Origin: Bugula neritina
Taxonomy: Eukaryota > Animalia > Bryozoa
Direction of reading: 5' to 3'
Assembly: GCA_964035545.1 (NCBI GenBank)
Contig: CAXIUT010000103.1
Span: 372,001-436,000 of the forward strand
DNA: 64,000 bases
Positions within the stretch are counted from its first letter, which is position 1. Each line of letters begins with the position of its first letter. This document shows positions 36,201 through 51,200 of this stretch, piece after piece. Below the pieces are notes generated by a model. The model made no database searches, was not told the DNA's origin, and was given only the letters and a program-made list of their open reading frames with translations. A program made the position numbers and the translations under genes.

Positions 36201-39200
36201 ACCAACAATGAATATTTTATCATTGTTTATGGCAATCGTGAATCTCAACAATGAATAATAATAATGTGCATTGTCAATTTTCACAAAATAGCAGTCTTCA
36301 GTCAGCCCTCTCTAGTTCAAGATGGGCATCACTATACACACAAGAGTTAAGAACTTTAATGAGTCCTGTCAGCTAACCAGCTCATGAAGTCTACACAGTT
36401 TGGTTGCAGACGTTTGCATTTGACATTAGGACTAAAGTGTTGACTACATGGAGATTTCAACTTCAATTGTTAATCAACTTGTTTTGGATCTACTTGTTAC
36501 ATCTGGCTTACTCTCTCTGGTAGGTTTATTTCATTAACTTTCTATACTGATTTTCTTAACTTTCTGAAGAGTTTGTTGTGATGCGAAATATATTACCAAA
36601 TATCTCATGGCAACGTGCCAATACAGTTAACACAGTAATTAAGCACTGGTGTCTTTGAAGCAGGCATCAAGTTTTGCATAAAAAAATTTATCAAGTATCT
36701 AAACACATGCAAGTGATGAGTTTGGAGATATTATTTAAAACTACAAAAGTTTCCATGCTGCGTGTAAATCAAAAGTGGACAAGTGCTGCAAACACCTCTT
36801 TTCATAGAATGACTCATTTATTTCTCATATGTTTGCAAAGGCATCTAAAATTAGTTATTGCTCTAGCAAAATATAACACTGTGAAATGGCGCTGCAGATG
36901 AGTTTTCTCTTTTAATATGAAAACTGATGATTGAAGAGCAATATAGTCTACTAATAAATTGGGTTTCAGCAGTGACTCATCTCCACTGCCTGTAAACTAT
37001 AAATCTTCAAATCGTATACTGTAGGCCCATGGTCCAACTCTAAAACAATAACACATTTCACATGAGTCAGGATTACTGGTTGTTAGAAGGGACAGGGGGG
37101 CAGGAGAGGGGAGGGGAAAATAAAACATCTAAATTTAATAGTAAAGGCGGGTGTACAATGCAAAGGTCTTCCAGCATCACTGATATTTCCATAATAACTG
37201 CAAGGCGCAAGCTCCTGCTGATGGACAATATGACAGAAAAACTCTTTCAAATAAGTAAACTAATATTAGCCTGTGTCTGCTTCGTATAAACGCCAAGAAC
37301 AAACTTTTAGGAAAGATAACTCCCACCACACCTATCTTGCAACCGGTGCTAGTGCAATGAAATTGAAGGGCTATGTTTCATAGTCCTATATTCAGCTAGT
37401 ACTTCTAACTAGAAAGAAATAACATTGCCGGAAAAGTTGAAGAGGTGAAGCACTGTAGAGTTATGGCAAGTTAGATTCTCTATATGATATTATTTATCTG
37501 TCAAGAAAATATTATATTATATTTTATTCTACTCACTAGTACCAACAATGAATATTTTATCATTGTTTATGGCAGTCGTGAATCTCAACAATGAATAATA
37601 ATAATATGCATTGTCAATTTTCACAAAGTAGCAGTCTTCAGTCAGCCCTCTCTAGTTCAAGATGGGCATCACTATACACACAAGAGTTAAGAACTTTAAT
37701 GAGTCCTGTCAGGTAACCAGCTCATGAAGTCTACACAGTTTGGTTGCAGACGTTTGCATTTGACATTAGGATTAAAGTGTTCACTACATGGAGACTTCAA
37801 CTTCAATTGTTAATCAACTTGTTTTGGATCTACTTGTCACATCTGGCTTACGCTCTCTGGTAGGTTTATTTCATTAACTTTCTAGACTGATTTTCTTAAC
37901 TTTCTGAAGAGTTTGTTGTGATGCGAAATATATTGCCAAATATCTCATGGCAACGTGCCAATACAGTTAACACAGTAATTAAGCACTGGTGTCTTTGAAG
38001 CAGGCATCAAGTTATGCATAAAAATGTTCATCAAGTATCTAAACACATGCAAGTGATGAGTTTGGAGATATTATTTAAAACTACAAAAGTTTCCATGCCG
38101 CGTGTAAATCAAAAGTGGACAAGTGCTGCAAACACCTCTTTTCATAGAATGACTCATTTATTTCTCATATGTTTGCAAAGGCATCTAAAATTAGTTATTG
38201 CTCTAGCAAAATATAACACTGTGAAATGGCGCTGCAGATGAGCTTTCTCTTTTAATATGAAAACTGATGATTGAAGAGCAATATAGTCTACTAATAAAAT
38301 GGGTTTTAGCAGTGACTCATCTCCACTGCCTGTAAACTATAAAGCTTCAAATCGTATACTGTAGGCCCATGGGCCAACTCTAGCACAATAACACAATTCA
38401 CATGAGTCAGGATTGCTGGTTGTTAGAGGGGACAGGGGGGGCAGGAGAGGGGATGGGAAAATAAAACATCTAAATTCAATAGTAAAAGCCGGTGTACAAT
38501 GCAAAGGTCTTCCAGCATCACTGGTATTTCCATAATAACTGCAAGGCCAAACTTTTGCTGATGGACAATCAGACAGAAAAACTCTTGCAAATAACAAAAC
38601 TAATATTAGCCTGTGTCTGCTTCTTATAAACACAAAGAACAAAATTTTGGGAAAGATAACTCCCAACACACCTATCTTGCAACTGGTGCTGGTGCAATGA
38701 AATTGAAGGGTTATGTTTCATAGTCATATTTTCAACTAGTACTTCTAACTGCAAAGAAATAACATTGCAGAAAAAAGTGAAGATGTGAAGCACTGTAGAT
38801 TTATGGTAAGTTATAATATGCATTTGATATTATTTATTTGTCCAGAAAATAATATTATATTATATTTTATTCTACTCAGTAGTACCAACAATGAATATTT
38901 TATCATTGTTTATGGCAGTCGTGAATCTCAACAATGAATAATAATAATATGCATTGTCAATTTTCACAAAGTAGCAGTCTTCAGTCAGCCCTCTCTAGTT
39001 CAAGATGGGCATCACTATACACACAAGAGTTAAGAACTTTAATGAGTCCTGTCAGCTAACCAGCTCATGAAGTCTACACAGTTTGATTGCAGGCGTTTGC
39101 ATTTGACATTAGGACTAAAGTGTTGACTACATGGAGATTTCAACTTCAATTGTTAATCAACTAATTGTTTTGGATCTACTTGTTACATCTGGCTTACTCT

Positions 39201-42200
39201 TTCTGGTAGGTTTATTTCATTAACTTTCTAGACTGATTTTCTTAACTTTCTGAAGAGTTTGTTGTGATGCGAAATATTACCAAATATCTCATGGCAACAT
39301 GCCAATACAGTTAACACAGTAATTAAGCACTGGTGTCTTTGAAGCAGGCATCAAGTTTTGCATAAAAAAACTTATCAAGTATCTAAACACATGCAAGTGA
39401 TGAGTTTGGAGATATTATTTAAAACTACAAAAGTTTCCATGCCGCTTGTAAATCAAAAGTGGACAATTGCTGCAAACACCTCTTTTCATGGAATGACTCA
39501 TTTATTTCTCATATGTTTGCAAAGGCATCTAAAATTAGTTTTTGCTCTAGCAAAATATAACACTGTGAAATGGCGCTGCAGATGAGCTTTCTCTTTGAAT
39601 ATGAAAACTGATGATTGAAGAGCAATATAGTCTACTTACAAAATGGGTTTTAGCAGTGACTCATCTCCACTGCCTGTAAACTATAAAGCTTCAAATCGTA
39701 TACTGTAGGCCCATGGGCCAACTCTAGAACAATAACACAATTCACATGAGTCAGGATTGCTGGTTGTTAGAGGGGACAGGGGGGGGGGCAGGAGAGGGGA
39801 TGGGAAAATAAAACATCTAAATTCAATAGTAAAAGCGGGTGTACAATGCAAAGGTCTTCCAGCATCACTGGTATTTCCATAATAACTGCAAGGCGCAAAC
39901 TTTTGCTGATGGACAATCAGACAGAAAAACTCTTGCAAATAACAAAACTAATATTAGCCTGTGTCTGCTTCGTATAAACACCAAGAACAAAATTTTAGGA
40001 AAGATAACTCCCAACACACCTATCTTGCAACTGGTGCTGGTGCAAAGAAATTGAAGGGTTATGTTTCATAGTCATATATTCAGCTAGTACTTCTAACTGC
40101 AAAGGAGTAACATTGCAGAAAAAGGTGAAGATGTGAAGCACTGTAGATTTATGGTAAGTTATAATATGCATTTGATATTACTTATCTGTCCAGAAAACAA
40201 TAATATTATATTATATTTTATTCTACTCAGTAGTACCAACAATGAATATTTTATCATTGTTTATGGCAATCGTGAATCTCAACAATGAATAATAATAATG
40301 TGCATTGTCAATTTTCACAAAATAGCAGTCTTCAGTCAGCCCTCTCTAGTTCAAGATGGGCATCACTATACACACAAGAGTTAAGAACTTTAATGAGTCC
40401 TGTCAGCTAACCAGCTCATGAAGTCTACACAGTTTGGTTGCAGACGTTTGCATTTGACATTAGGACTAAAGTGTTGACTACATGGAGATTTCAACTTCAA
40501 TTGTTAATCAACTTGTTTTGGATCTACTTGTTACATCTGGCTTACTCTCTCTGGTAGGTTTATTTCATTAACTTTCTATACTGATTTTCTTAACTTTCTG
40601 AAGAGTTTGTTGTGATGCGAAATATATTACCAAATATCTCATGGCAACGTGCCAATACAGTTAACACAGTAATTAAGCACTGGTGTCTTTGAAGCAGGCA
40701 TCAAGTTTTGCATAAAAAAATTTATCAAGTATCTAAACACATGCAAGTGATGAGTTTGGAGATATTATTTAAAACTACAAAAGTTTCCATGCTGCGTGTA
40801 AATCAAAAGTGGACAAGTGCTGCAAACACCTCTTTTCATAGAATGACTCATTTATTTCTCATATGTTTGCAAAGGCATCTAAAATTAGTTATTGCTCTAG
40901 CAAAATATAACACTGTGAAATGGCGCTGCAGATGAGTTTTCTCTTTTAATATGAAAACTGATGATTGAAGAGCAATATAGTCTACTAATAAATTGGGTTT
41001 CAGCAGTGACTCATCTCCACTGCCTGTAAACTATAAATCTTCAAATCGTATACTGTAGGCCCATGGTCCAACTCTAAAACAATAACACATTTCACATGAG
41101 TCAGGATTACTGGTTGTTAGAAGGGACAGGGGGGCAGGAGAGGGGAGGGGAAAATAAAACATCTAAATTTAATAGTAAAGGCGGGTGTACAATGCAAAGG
41201 TCTTCCAGCATCACTGATATTTCCATAATAACTGCAAGGCGCAAGCTCCTGCTGATGGACAATATGACAGAAAAACTCTTTCAAATAAGTAAACTAATAT
41301 TAGCCTGTGTCTGCTTCGTATAAACGCCAAGAACAAACTTTTAGGAAAGATAACTCCCACCACACCTATCTTGCAACCGGTGCTAGTGCAATGAAATTGA
41401 AGGGCTATGTTTCATAGTCCTATATTCAGCTAGTACTTCTAACTAGAAAGAAATAACATTGCCGGAAAAGTTGAAGAGGTGAAGCACTGTAGAGTTATGG
41501 CAAGTTAGATTCTCTATATGATATTATTTATCTGTCAAGAAAATATTATATTATATTTTATTCTACTCACTAGTACCAACAATGAATATTTTATCATTGT
41601 TTATGGCAGTCGTGAATCTCAACAATGAATAATAATAATATGCATTGTCAATTTTCACAAAGTAGCAGTCTTCAGTCAGCCCTCTCTAGTTCAAGATGGG
41701 CATCACTATACACACAAGAGTTAAGAACTTTAATGAGTCCTGTCAGGTAACCAGCTCATGAAGTCTACACAGTTTGGTTGCAGACGTTTGCATTTGACAT
41801 TAGGATTAAAGTGTTCACTACATGGAGACTTCAACTTCAATTGTTAATCAACTTGTTTTGGATCTACTTGTCACATCTGGCTTACGCTCTCTGGTAGGTT
41901 TATTTCATTAACTTTCTAGACTGATTTTCTTAACTTTCTGAAGAGTTTGTTGTGATGCGAAATATATTGCCAAATATCTCATGGCAACGTGCCAATACAG
42001 TTAACACAGTAATTAAGCACTGGTGTCTTTGAAGCAGGCATCAAGTTATGCATAAAAATGTTCATCAAGTATCTAAACACATGCAAGTGATGAGTTTGGA
42101 GATATTATTTAAAACTACAAAAGTTTCCATGCCGCGTGTAAATCAAAAGTGGACAAGTGCTGCAAACACCTCTTTTCATAGAATGACTCATTTATTTCTC

Positions 42201-45200
42201 ATATGTTTGCAAAGGCATCTAAAATTAGTTATTGCTCTAGCAAAATATAACACTGTGAAATGGCGCTGCAGATGAGCTTTCTCTTTTAATATGAAAACTG
42301 ATGATTGAAGAGCAATATAGTCTACTAATAAAATGGGTTTTAGCAGTGACTCATCTCCACTGCCTGTAAACTATAAAGCTTCAAATCGTATACTGTAGGC
42401 CCATGGGCCAACTCTAGCACAATAACACAATTCACATGAGTCAGGATTGCTGGTTGTTAGAGGGGACAGGGGGGGCAGGAGAGGGGATGGGAAAATAAAA
42501 CATCTAAATTCAATAGTAAAAGCCGGTGTACAATGCAAAGGTCTTCCAGCATCACTGGTATTTCCATAATAACTGCAAGGCGCAAACTTTTGCTGATGGA
42601 CAATCAGACAGAAAAACTCTTGCAAATAACAAAACTAATATTAGCCTGTGTCTGCTTCGTATAAACACCAAGAACAAAATTTTAGGAAAGATAACTCCCA
42701 ACACACCTATCTTGCAACTGGTGCTGGTGCAAAGAAATTGAAGGGTTATGTTTCATAGTCATATATTCAGCTAGTACTTCTAACTGCAAAGGAGTAACAT
42801 TGCAGAAAAAGGTGAAGATGTGAAGCACTGTAGATTTATGGTAAGTTATAATATGCATTTGATATTACTTATCTGTCCAGAAAACAATAATATTATATTA
42901 TATTTTATTCTACTCAGTAGTACCAACAATGAATATTTTATCATTGTTTATGGCAATCGTGAATCTCAACAATGAATAATAATAATGTGCATTGTCAATT
43001 TTCACAAAATAGCAGTCTTCAGTCAGCCCTCTCTAGTTCAAGATGGGCATCACTATACACACAAGAGTTAAGAACTTTAATGAGTCCTGTCAGCTAACCA
43101 GCTCATGAAGTCTACACAGTTTGGTTGCAGACGTTTGCATTTGACATTAGGACTAAAGTGTTGACTACATGGAGATTTCAACTTCAATTGTTAATCAACT
43201 TGTTTTGGATCTACTTGTTACATCTGGCTTACTCTCTCTGGTAGGTTTATTTCATTAACTTTCTATACTGATTTTCTTAACTTTCTGAAGAGTTTGTTGT
43301 GATGCGAAATATATTACCAAATATCTCATGGCAACGTGCCAATACAGTTAACACAGTAATTAAGCACTGGTGTCTTTGAAGCAGGCATCAAGTTTTGCAT
43401 AAAAAAATTTATCAAGTATCTAAACACATGCAAGTGATGAGTTTGGAGATATTATTTAAAACTACAAAAGTTTCCATGCTGCGTGTAAATCAAAAGTGGA
43501 CAAGTGCTGCAAACACCTCTTTTCATAGAATGACTCATTTATTTCTCATATGTTTGCAAAGGCATCTAAAATTAGTTATTGCTCTAGCAAAATATAACAC
43601 TGTGAAATGGCGCTGCAGATGAGTTTTCTCTTTTAATATGAAAACTGATGATTGAAGAGCAATATAGTCTACTAATAAATTGGGTTTCAGCAGTGACTCA
43701 TCTCCACTGCCTGTAAACTATAAATCTTCAAATCGTATACTGTAGGCCCATGGTCCAACTCTAAAACAATAACACATTTCACATGAGTCAGGATTACTGG
43801 TTGTTAGAAGGGACAGGGGGGCAGGAGAGGGGAGGGGAAAATAAAACATCTAAATTTAATAGTAAAGGCGGGTGTACAATGCAAAGGTCTTCCAGCATCA
43901 CTGATATTTCCATAATAACTGCAAGGCGCAAGCTCCTGCTGATGGACAATATGACAGAAAAACTCTTTCAAATAAGTAAACTAATATTAGCCTGTGTCTG
44001 CTTCGTATAAACGCCAAGAACAAACTTTTAGGAAAGATAACTCCCACCACACCTATCTTGCAACCGGTGCTAGTGCAATGAAATTGAAGGGCTATGTTTC
44101 ATAGTCCTATATTCAGCTAGTACTTCTAACTAGAAAGAAATAACATTGCCGGAAAAGTTGAAGAGGTGAAGCACTGTAGAGTTATGGCAAGTTAGATTCT
44201 CTATATGATATTATTTATCTGTCAAGAAAATATTATATTATATTTTATTCTACTCACTAGTACCAACAATGAATATTTTATCATTGTTTATGGCAGTCGT
44301 GAATCTCAACAATGAATAATAATAATATGCATTGTCAATTTTCACAAAGTAGCAGTCTTCAGTCAGCCCTCTCTAGTTCAAGATGGGCATCACTATACAC
44401 ACAAGAGTTAAGAACTTTAATGAGTCCTGTCAGGTAACCAGCTCATGAAGTCTACACAGTTTGGTTGCAGACGTTTGCATTTGACATTAGGATTAAAGTG
44501 TTCACTACATGGAGACTTCAACTTCAATTGTTAATCAACTTGTTTTGGATCTACTTGTCACATCTGGCTTACGCTCTCTGGTAGGTTTATTTCATTAACT
44601 TTCTAGACTGATTTTCTTAACTTTCTGAAGAGTTTGTTGTGATGCGAAATATATTGCCAAATATCTCATGGCAACGTGCCAATACAGTTAACACAGTAAT
44701 TAAGCACTGGTGTCTTTGAAGCAGGCATCAAGTTATGCATAAAAATGTTCATCAAGTATCTAAACACATGCAAGTGATGAGTTTGGAGATATTATTTAAA
44801 ACTACAAAAGTTTCCATGCCGCGTGTAAATCAAAAGTGGACAAGTGCTGCAAACACCTCTTTTCATAGAATGACTCATTTATTTCTCATATGTTTGCAAA
44901 GGCATCTAAAATTAGTTATTGCTCTAGCAAAATATAACACTGTGAAATGGCGCTGCAGATGAGCTTTCTCTTTTAATATGAAAACTGATGATTGAAGAGC
45001 AATATAGTCTACTAATAAAATGGGTTTTAGCAGTGACTCATCTCCACTGCCTGTAAACTATAAAGCTTCAAATCGTATACTGTAGGCCCATGGGCCAACT
45101 CTAGCACAATAACACAATTCACATGAGTCAGGATTGCTGGTTGTTAGAGGGGACAGGGGGGGCAGGAGAGGGGATGGGAAAATAAAACATCTAAATTCAA

Positions 45201-48200
45201 TAGTAAAAGCCGGTGTACAATGCAAAGGTCTTCCAGCATCACTGGTATTTCCATAATAACTGCAAGGCCAAACTTTTGCTGATGGACAATCAGACAGAAA
45301 AACTCTTGCAAATAACAAAACTAATATTAGCCTGTGTCTGCTTCTTATAAACACAAAGAACAAAATTTTGGGAAAGATAACTCCCAACACACCTATCTTG
45401 CAACTGGTGCTGGTGCAATGAAATTGAAGGGTTATGTTTCATAGTCATATTTTCAACTAGTACTTCTAACTGCAAAGAAATAACATTGCAGAAAAAAGTG
45501 AAGATGTGAAGCACTGTAGATTTATGGTAAGTTATAATATGCATTTGATATTATTTATTTGTCCAGAAAATAATATTATATTATATTTTATTCTACTCAG
45601 TAGTACCAACAATGAATATTTTATCATTGTTTATGGCAGTCGTGAATCTCAACAATGAATAATAATAATATGCATTGTCAATTTTCACAAAGTAGCAGTC
45701 TTCAGTCAGCCCTCTCTAGTTCAAGATGGGCATCACTATACACACAAGAGTTAAGAACTTTAATGAGTCCTGTCAGCTAACCAGCTCATGAAGTCTACAC
45801 AGTTTGATTGCAGGCGTTTGCATTTGACATTAGGACTAAAGTGTTGACTACATGGAGATTTCAACTTCAATTGTTAATCAACTAATTGTTTTGGATCTAC
45901 TTGTTACATCTGGCTTACTCTTTCTGGTAGGTTTATTTCATTAACTTTCTAGACTGATTTTCTTAACTTTCTGAAGAGTTTGTTGTGATGCGAAATATTA
46001 CCAAATATCTCATGGCAACATGCCAATACAGTTAACACAGTAATTAAGCACTGGTGTCTTTGAAGCAGGCATCAAGTTTTGCATAAAAAAACTTATCAAG
46101 TATCTAAACACATGCAAGTGATGAGTTTGGAGATATTATTTAAAACTACAAAAGTTTCCATGCCGCTTGTAAATCAAAAGTGGACAATTGCTGCAAACAC
46201 CTCTTTTCATGGAATGACTCATTTATTTCTCATATGTTTGCAAAGGCATCTAAAATTAGTTATTGCTCTAGCAAAATATAACACTGTGAAATGGCGCTGC
46301 AGATGAGCTTTCTCTTTTAATATGAAAACTGATGATTGAAGAGCAATATAGCCTACTATTAAAATGGGTTTCAGCAGTGACTCATCTCCACTGCCTGTAA
46401 ACTATAAATCTTCAAATCGTATACTGTAGGCCCATGGTCCAACTCTAAAACAATAACACATTTCACATGAGTCAGGATTACTGGTTGTTAGAAGGGACAG
46501 GGGGGCAGGAGAGGGGAGGGGAAAATAAAACATCTAAATTTAATAGTAAAGGCGGGTGTACAATGCAAAGGTCTTCCAGCATCACTGATATTTCCATAAT
46601 AACTGCAAGGCGCAAGCTCCTGCTGATGGACAATATGACAGAAAAACTCTTTCAAATAAGTAAACTAATATTAGCCTGTGTCTGCTTCGTATAAACGCCA
46701 AGAACAAACTTTTAGGAAAGATAACTCCCACCACACCTATCTTGCAACCGGTGCTAGTGCAATGAAATTGAAGGGCTATGTTTCATAGTCCTATATTCAG
46801 CTAGTACTTCTAACTAGAAAGAAATAACATTGCCGGAAAAGTTGAAGAGGTGCAGCACTGTAGAGTTATGGCAAGTTAGATTCTCTATATGATATTATTT
46901 ATCTGTCAAGAAAATATTATATTATATTTTATTCTACTCACTAGTACCAACAATGAATATTTTATCATTGTTTATGGCAGTCGTGAATCTCAACAATGAA
47001 TAATAATAATATGCATTGTCAATTTTCACAAAGTAGCAGTCTTCAGTCAGCCCTCTCTAGTTCAAGATGGGCATCACTATACACACAAGAGTTAAGAACT
47101 TTAATGAGTCCTGTCAGGTAACCAGCTCATGAAGTCTACACAGTTTGGTTGCAGACGTTTGCATTTGACATTAGGATTAAAGTGTTCACTACATGGAGAC
47201 TTCAACTTCAATTGTTAATCAACTTGTTTTGGATCTACTTGTCACATCTGGCTTACGCTCTCTGGTAGGTTTATTTCATTAACTTTCTAGACTGATTTTC
47301 TTAACTTTCTGAAGAGTTTGTTGTGATGCGAAATATATTGCCAAATATCTCATGGCAACGTGCCAATACAGTTAACACAGTAATTAAGCACTGGTGTCTT
47401 TGAAGCAGGCATCAAGTTATGCATAAAAATGTTCATCAAGTATCTAAACACATGCAAGTGATGAGTTTGGAGATATTATTTAAAACTACAAAAGTTTCCA
47501 TGCCGCGTGTAAATCAAAAGTGGACAAGTGCTGCAAACACCTCTTTTCATAGAAAGACTCATTTATTTCTCATATGTTTGCAAAGGCATCTAAAATTAGT
47601 TATTGCTCTAGCAAAATATAACACTGTGAAATGGCGCTGCAGATGAGCTTTCTCTTTTAATATGAAAACTGATGATTGAAGAGCAATATAGTCTACTAAT
47701 AAAATGGGTTTTAGCAGTGACTCATCTCCACTGCCTGTAAACTATAAAGCTTCAAATCGTATACTGTAGGCCCATGGGCCAACTCTAGCACAATAACACA
47801 ATTCACATGAGTCAGGATTGCTGGTTGTTAGAGGGGACAGGGGGGGCAGGAGAGGGGATGGGAAAATAAAACATCTAAATTCAATAGTAAAAGCCGGTGT
47901 ACAATGCAAAGGTCTTCCAGCATCACTGGTATTTCCATAATAACTGCAAGGCGCAAACTTTTGCTGATGGACAATCAGACAGAAAAACTCTTGCAAATAA
48001 CAAAACTAATATTAGCCTGTGTCTGCTTCGTATAAACACCAAGAACAAAATTTTAGGAAAGATAACTCCCAACACACCTATCTTGCAACTGGTGCTGGTG
48101 CAAAGAAATTGAAGGGTTATGTTTCATAGTCATATATTCAGCTAGTACTTCTAACTGCAAAGGAGTAACATTGCAGAAAAAGGTGAAGATGTGAAGCACT

Positions 48201-51200
48201 GTAGATTTATGGTAAGTTATAATATGCATTTGATATTACTTATCTGTCCAGAAAACAATAATATTATATTATATTTTATTCTACTCAGTAGTACCAACAA
48301 TGAATATTTTATCATTGTTTATGGCAATCGTGAATCTCAACAATGAATAATAATAATGTGCATTGTCAATTTTCACAAAATAGCAGTCTTCAGTCAGCCC
48401 TCTCTAGTTCAAGATGGGCATCACTATACACACAAGAGTTAAGAACTTTAATGAGTCCTGTCAGCTAACCAGCTCATGAAGTCTACACAGTTTGGTTGCA
48501 GACGTTTGCATTTGACATTAGGACTAAAGTGTTGACTACATGGAGATTTCAACTTCAATTGTTAATCAACTTGTTTTGGATCTACTTGTTACATCTGGCT
48601 TACTCTCTCTGGTAGGTTTATTTCATTAACTTTCTATACTGATTTTCTTAACTTTCTGAAGAGTTTGTTGTGATGCGAAATATATTACCAAATATCTCAT
48701 GGCAACGTGCCAATACAGTTAACACAGTAATTAAGCACTGGTGTCTTTGAAGCAGGCATCAAGTTTTGCATAAAAAAATTTATCAAGTATCTAAACACAT
48801 GCAAGTGATGAGTTTGGAGATATTATTTAAAACTACAAAAGTTTCCATGCTGCGTGTAAATCAAAAGTGGACAAGTGCTGCAAACACCTCTTTTCATAGA
48901 ATGACTCATTTATTTCTCATATGTTTGCAAAGGCATCTAAAATTAGTTTTTGCTCTAGCAAAATATAACACTGTGAAATGGCGCTGCAGATGAGCTTTCT
49001 CTTTGAATATGAAAACTGATGATTGAAGAGCAATATAGTCTACTAACAAAATGGGTTTTAGCAGTGACTCATCTCCACTGCCTGTAAACTATAAAGCTTC
49101 AAATCGTATACTGTAGGCCCATGGGCCAACTCTAGAACAATAACACAATTCACATGAGTCAGGATTGCTGGTTGTTAGAGGGGACAGGGGGGGGGGCAGG
49201 AGAGGGGATGGGAAAATAAAACATCTAAATTCAATAGTAAAAGCGGGTGTACAATGCAAAGGTCTTCCAGCATCACTGGTATTTCCATAATAACTGCAAG
49301 GCGCAAACTTTTGCTGATGGACAATCAGACAGAAAAACTCTTGCAAATAACAAAACTAATATTAGCCTGTGTCTGCTTCGTATAAACACCAAGAACAAAA
49401 TTTTAGGAAAGATAACTCCCAACACACCTATCTTGCAACTGGTGCTGGTGCAAAGAAATTGAAGGGTTATGTTTCATAGTCATATATTCAGCTAGTACTT
49501 CTAACTGCAAAGGAGTAACATTGCAGAAAAAGGTGAAGATGTGAAGCACTGTAGATTTATGGTAAGTTATAATATGCATTTGATATTACTTATCTGTCCA
49601 GAAAACAATAATATTATATTATATTTTATTCTACTCAGTAGTACCAACAATGAATATTTTATCATTGTTTATGGCAATCGTGAATCTCAACAATGAATAA
49701 TAATAATGTGCATTGTCAATTTTCACAAAATAGCAGTCTTCAGTCAGCCCTCTCTAGTTCAAGATGGGCATCACTATACACACAAGAGTTAAGAACTTTA
49801 ATGAGTCCTGTCAGCTAACCAGCTCATGAAGTCTACACAGTTTGGTTGCAGACGTTTGCATTTGACATTAGGACTAAAGTGTTGACTACATGGAGATTTC
49901 AACTTCAATTGTTAATCAACTTGTTTTGGATCTACTTGTTACATCTGGCTTACTCTCTCTGGTAGGTTTATTTCATTAACTTTCTATACTGATTTTCTTA
50001 ACTTTCTGAAGAGTTTGTTGTGATGCGAAATATATTACCAAATATCTCATGGCAACGTGCCAATACAGTTAACACAGTAATTAAGCACTGGTGTCTTTGA
50101 AGCAGGCATCAAGTTTTGCATAAAAAAATTTATCAAGTATCTAAACACATGCAAGTGATGAGTTTGGAGATATTATTTAAAACTACAAAAGTTTCCATGC
50201 TGCGTGTAAATCAAAAGTGGACAAGTGCTGCAAACACCTCTTTTCATAGAATGACTCATTTATTTCTCATATGTTTGCAAAGGCATCTAAAATTAGTTAT
50301 TGCTCTAGCAAAATATAACACTGTGAAATGGCGCTGCAGATGAGTTTTCTCTTTTAATATGAAAACTGATGATTGAAGAGCAATATAGTCTACTAATAAA
50401 TTGGGTTTCAGCAGTGACTCATCTCCACTGCCTGTAAACTATAAATCTTCAAATCGTATACTGTAGGCCCATGGTCCAACTCTAAAACAATAACACATTT
50501 CACATGAGTCAGGATTACTGGTTGTTAGAAGGGACAGGGGGGCAGGAGAGGGGAGGGGAAAATAAAACATCTAAATTTAATAGTAAAGGCGGGTGTACAA
50601 TGCAAAGGTCTTCCAGCATCACTGATATTTCCATAATAACTGCAAGGCGCAAGCTCCTGCTGATGGACAATATGACAGAAAAACTCTTTCAAATAAGTAA
50701 ACTAATATTAGCCTGTGTCTGCTTCGTATAAACGCCAAGAACAAACTTTTAGGAAAGATAACTCCCACCACACCTATCTTGCAACCGGTGCTAGTGCAAT
50801 GAAATTGAAGGGCTATGTTTCATAGTCCTATATTCAGCTAGTACTTCTAACTAGAAAGAAATAACATTGCCGGAAAAGTTGAAGAGGTGAAGCACTGTAG
50901 AGTTATGGCAAGTTAGATTCTCTATATGATATTATTTATCTGTCAAGAAAATATTATATTATATTTTATTCTACTCACTAGTACCAACAATGAATATTTT
51001 ATCATTGTTTATGGCAGTCGTGAATCTCAACAATGAATAATAATAATATGCATTGTCAATTTTCACAAAGTAGCAGTCTTCAGTCAGCCCTCTCTAGTTC
51101 AAGATGGGCATCACTATACACACAAGAGTTAAGAACTTTAATGAGTCCTGTCAGGTAACCAGCTCATGAAGTCTACACAGTTTGGTTGCAGACGTTTGCA

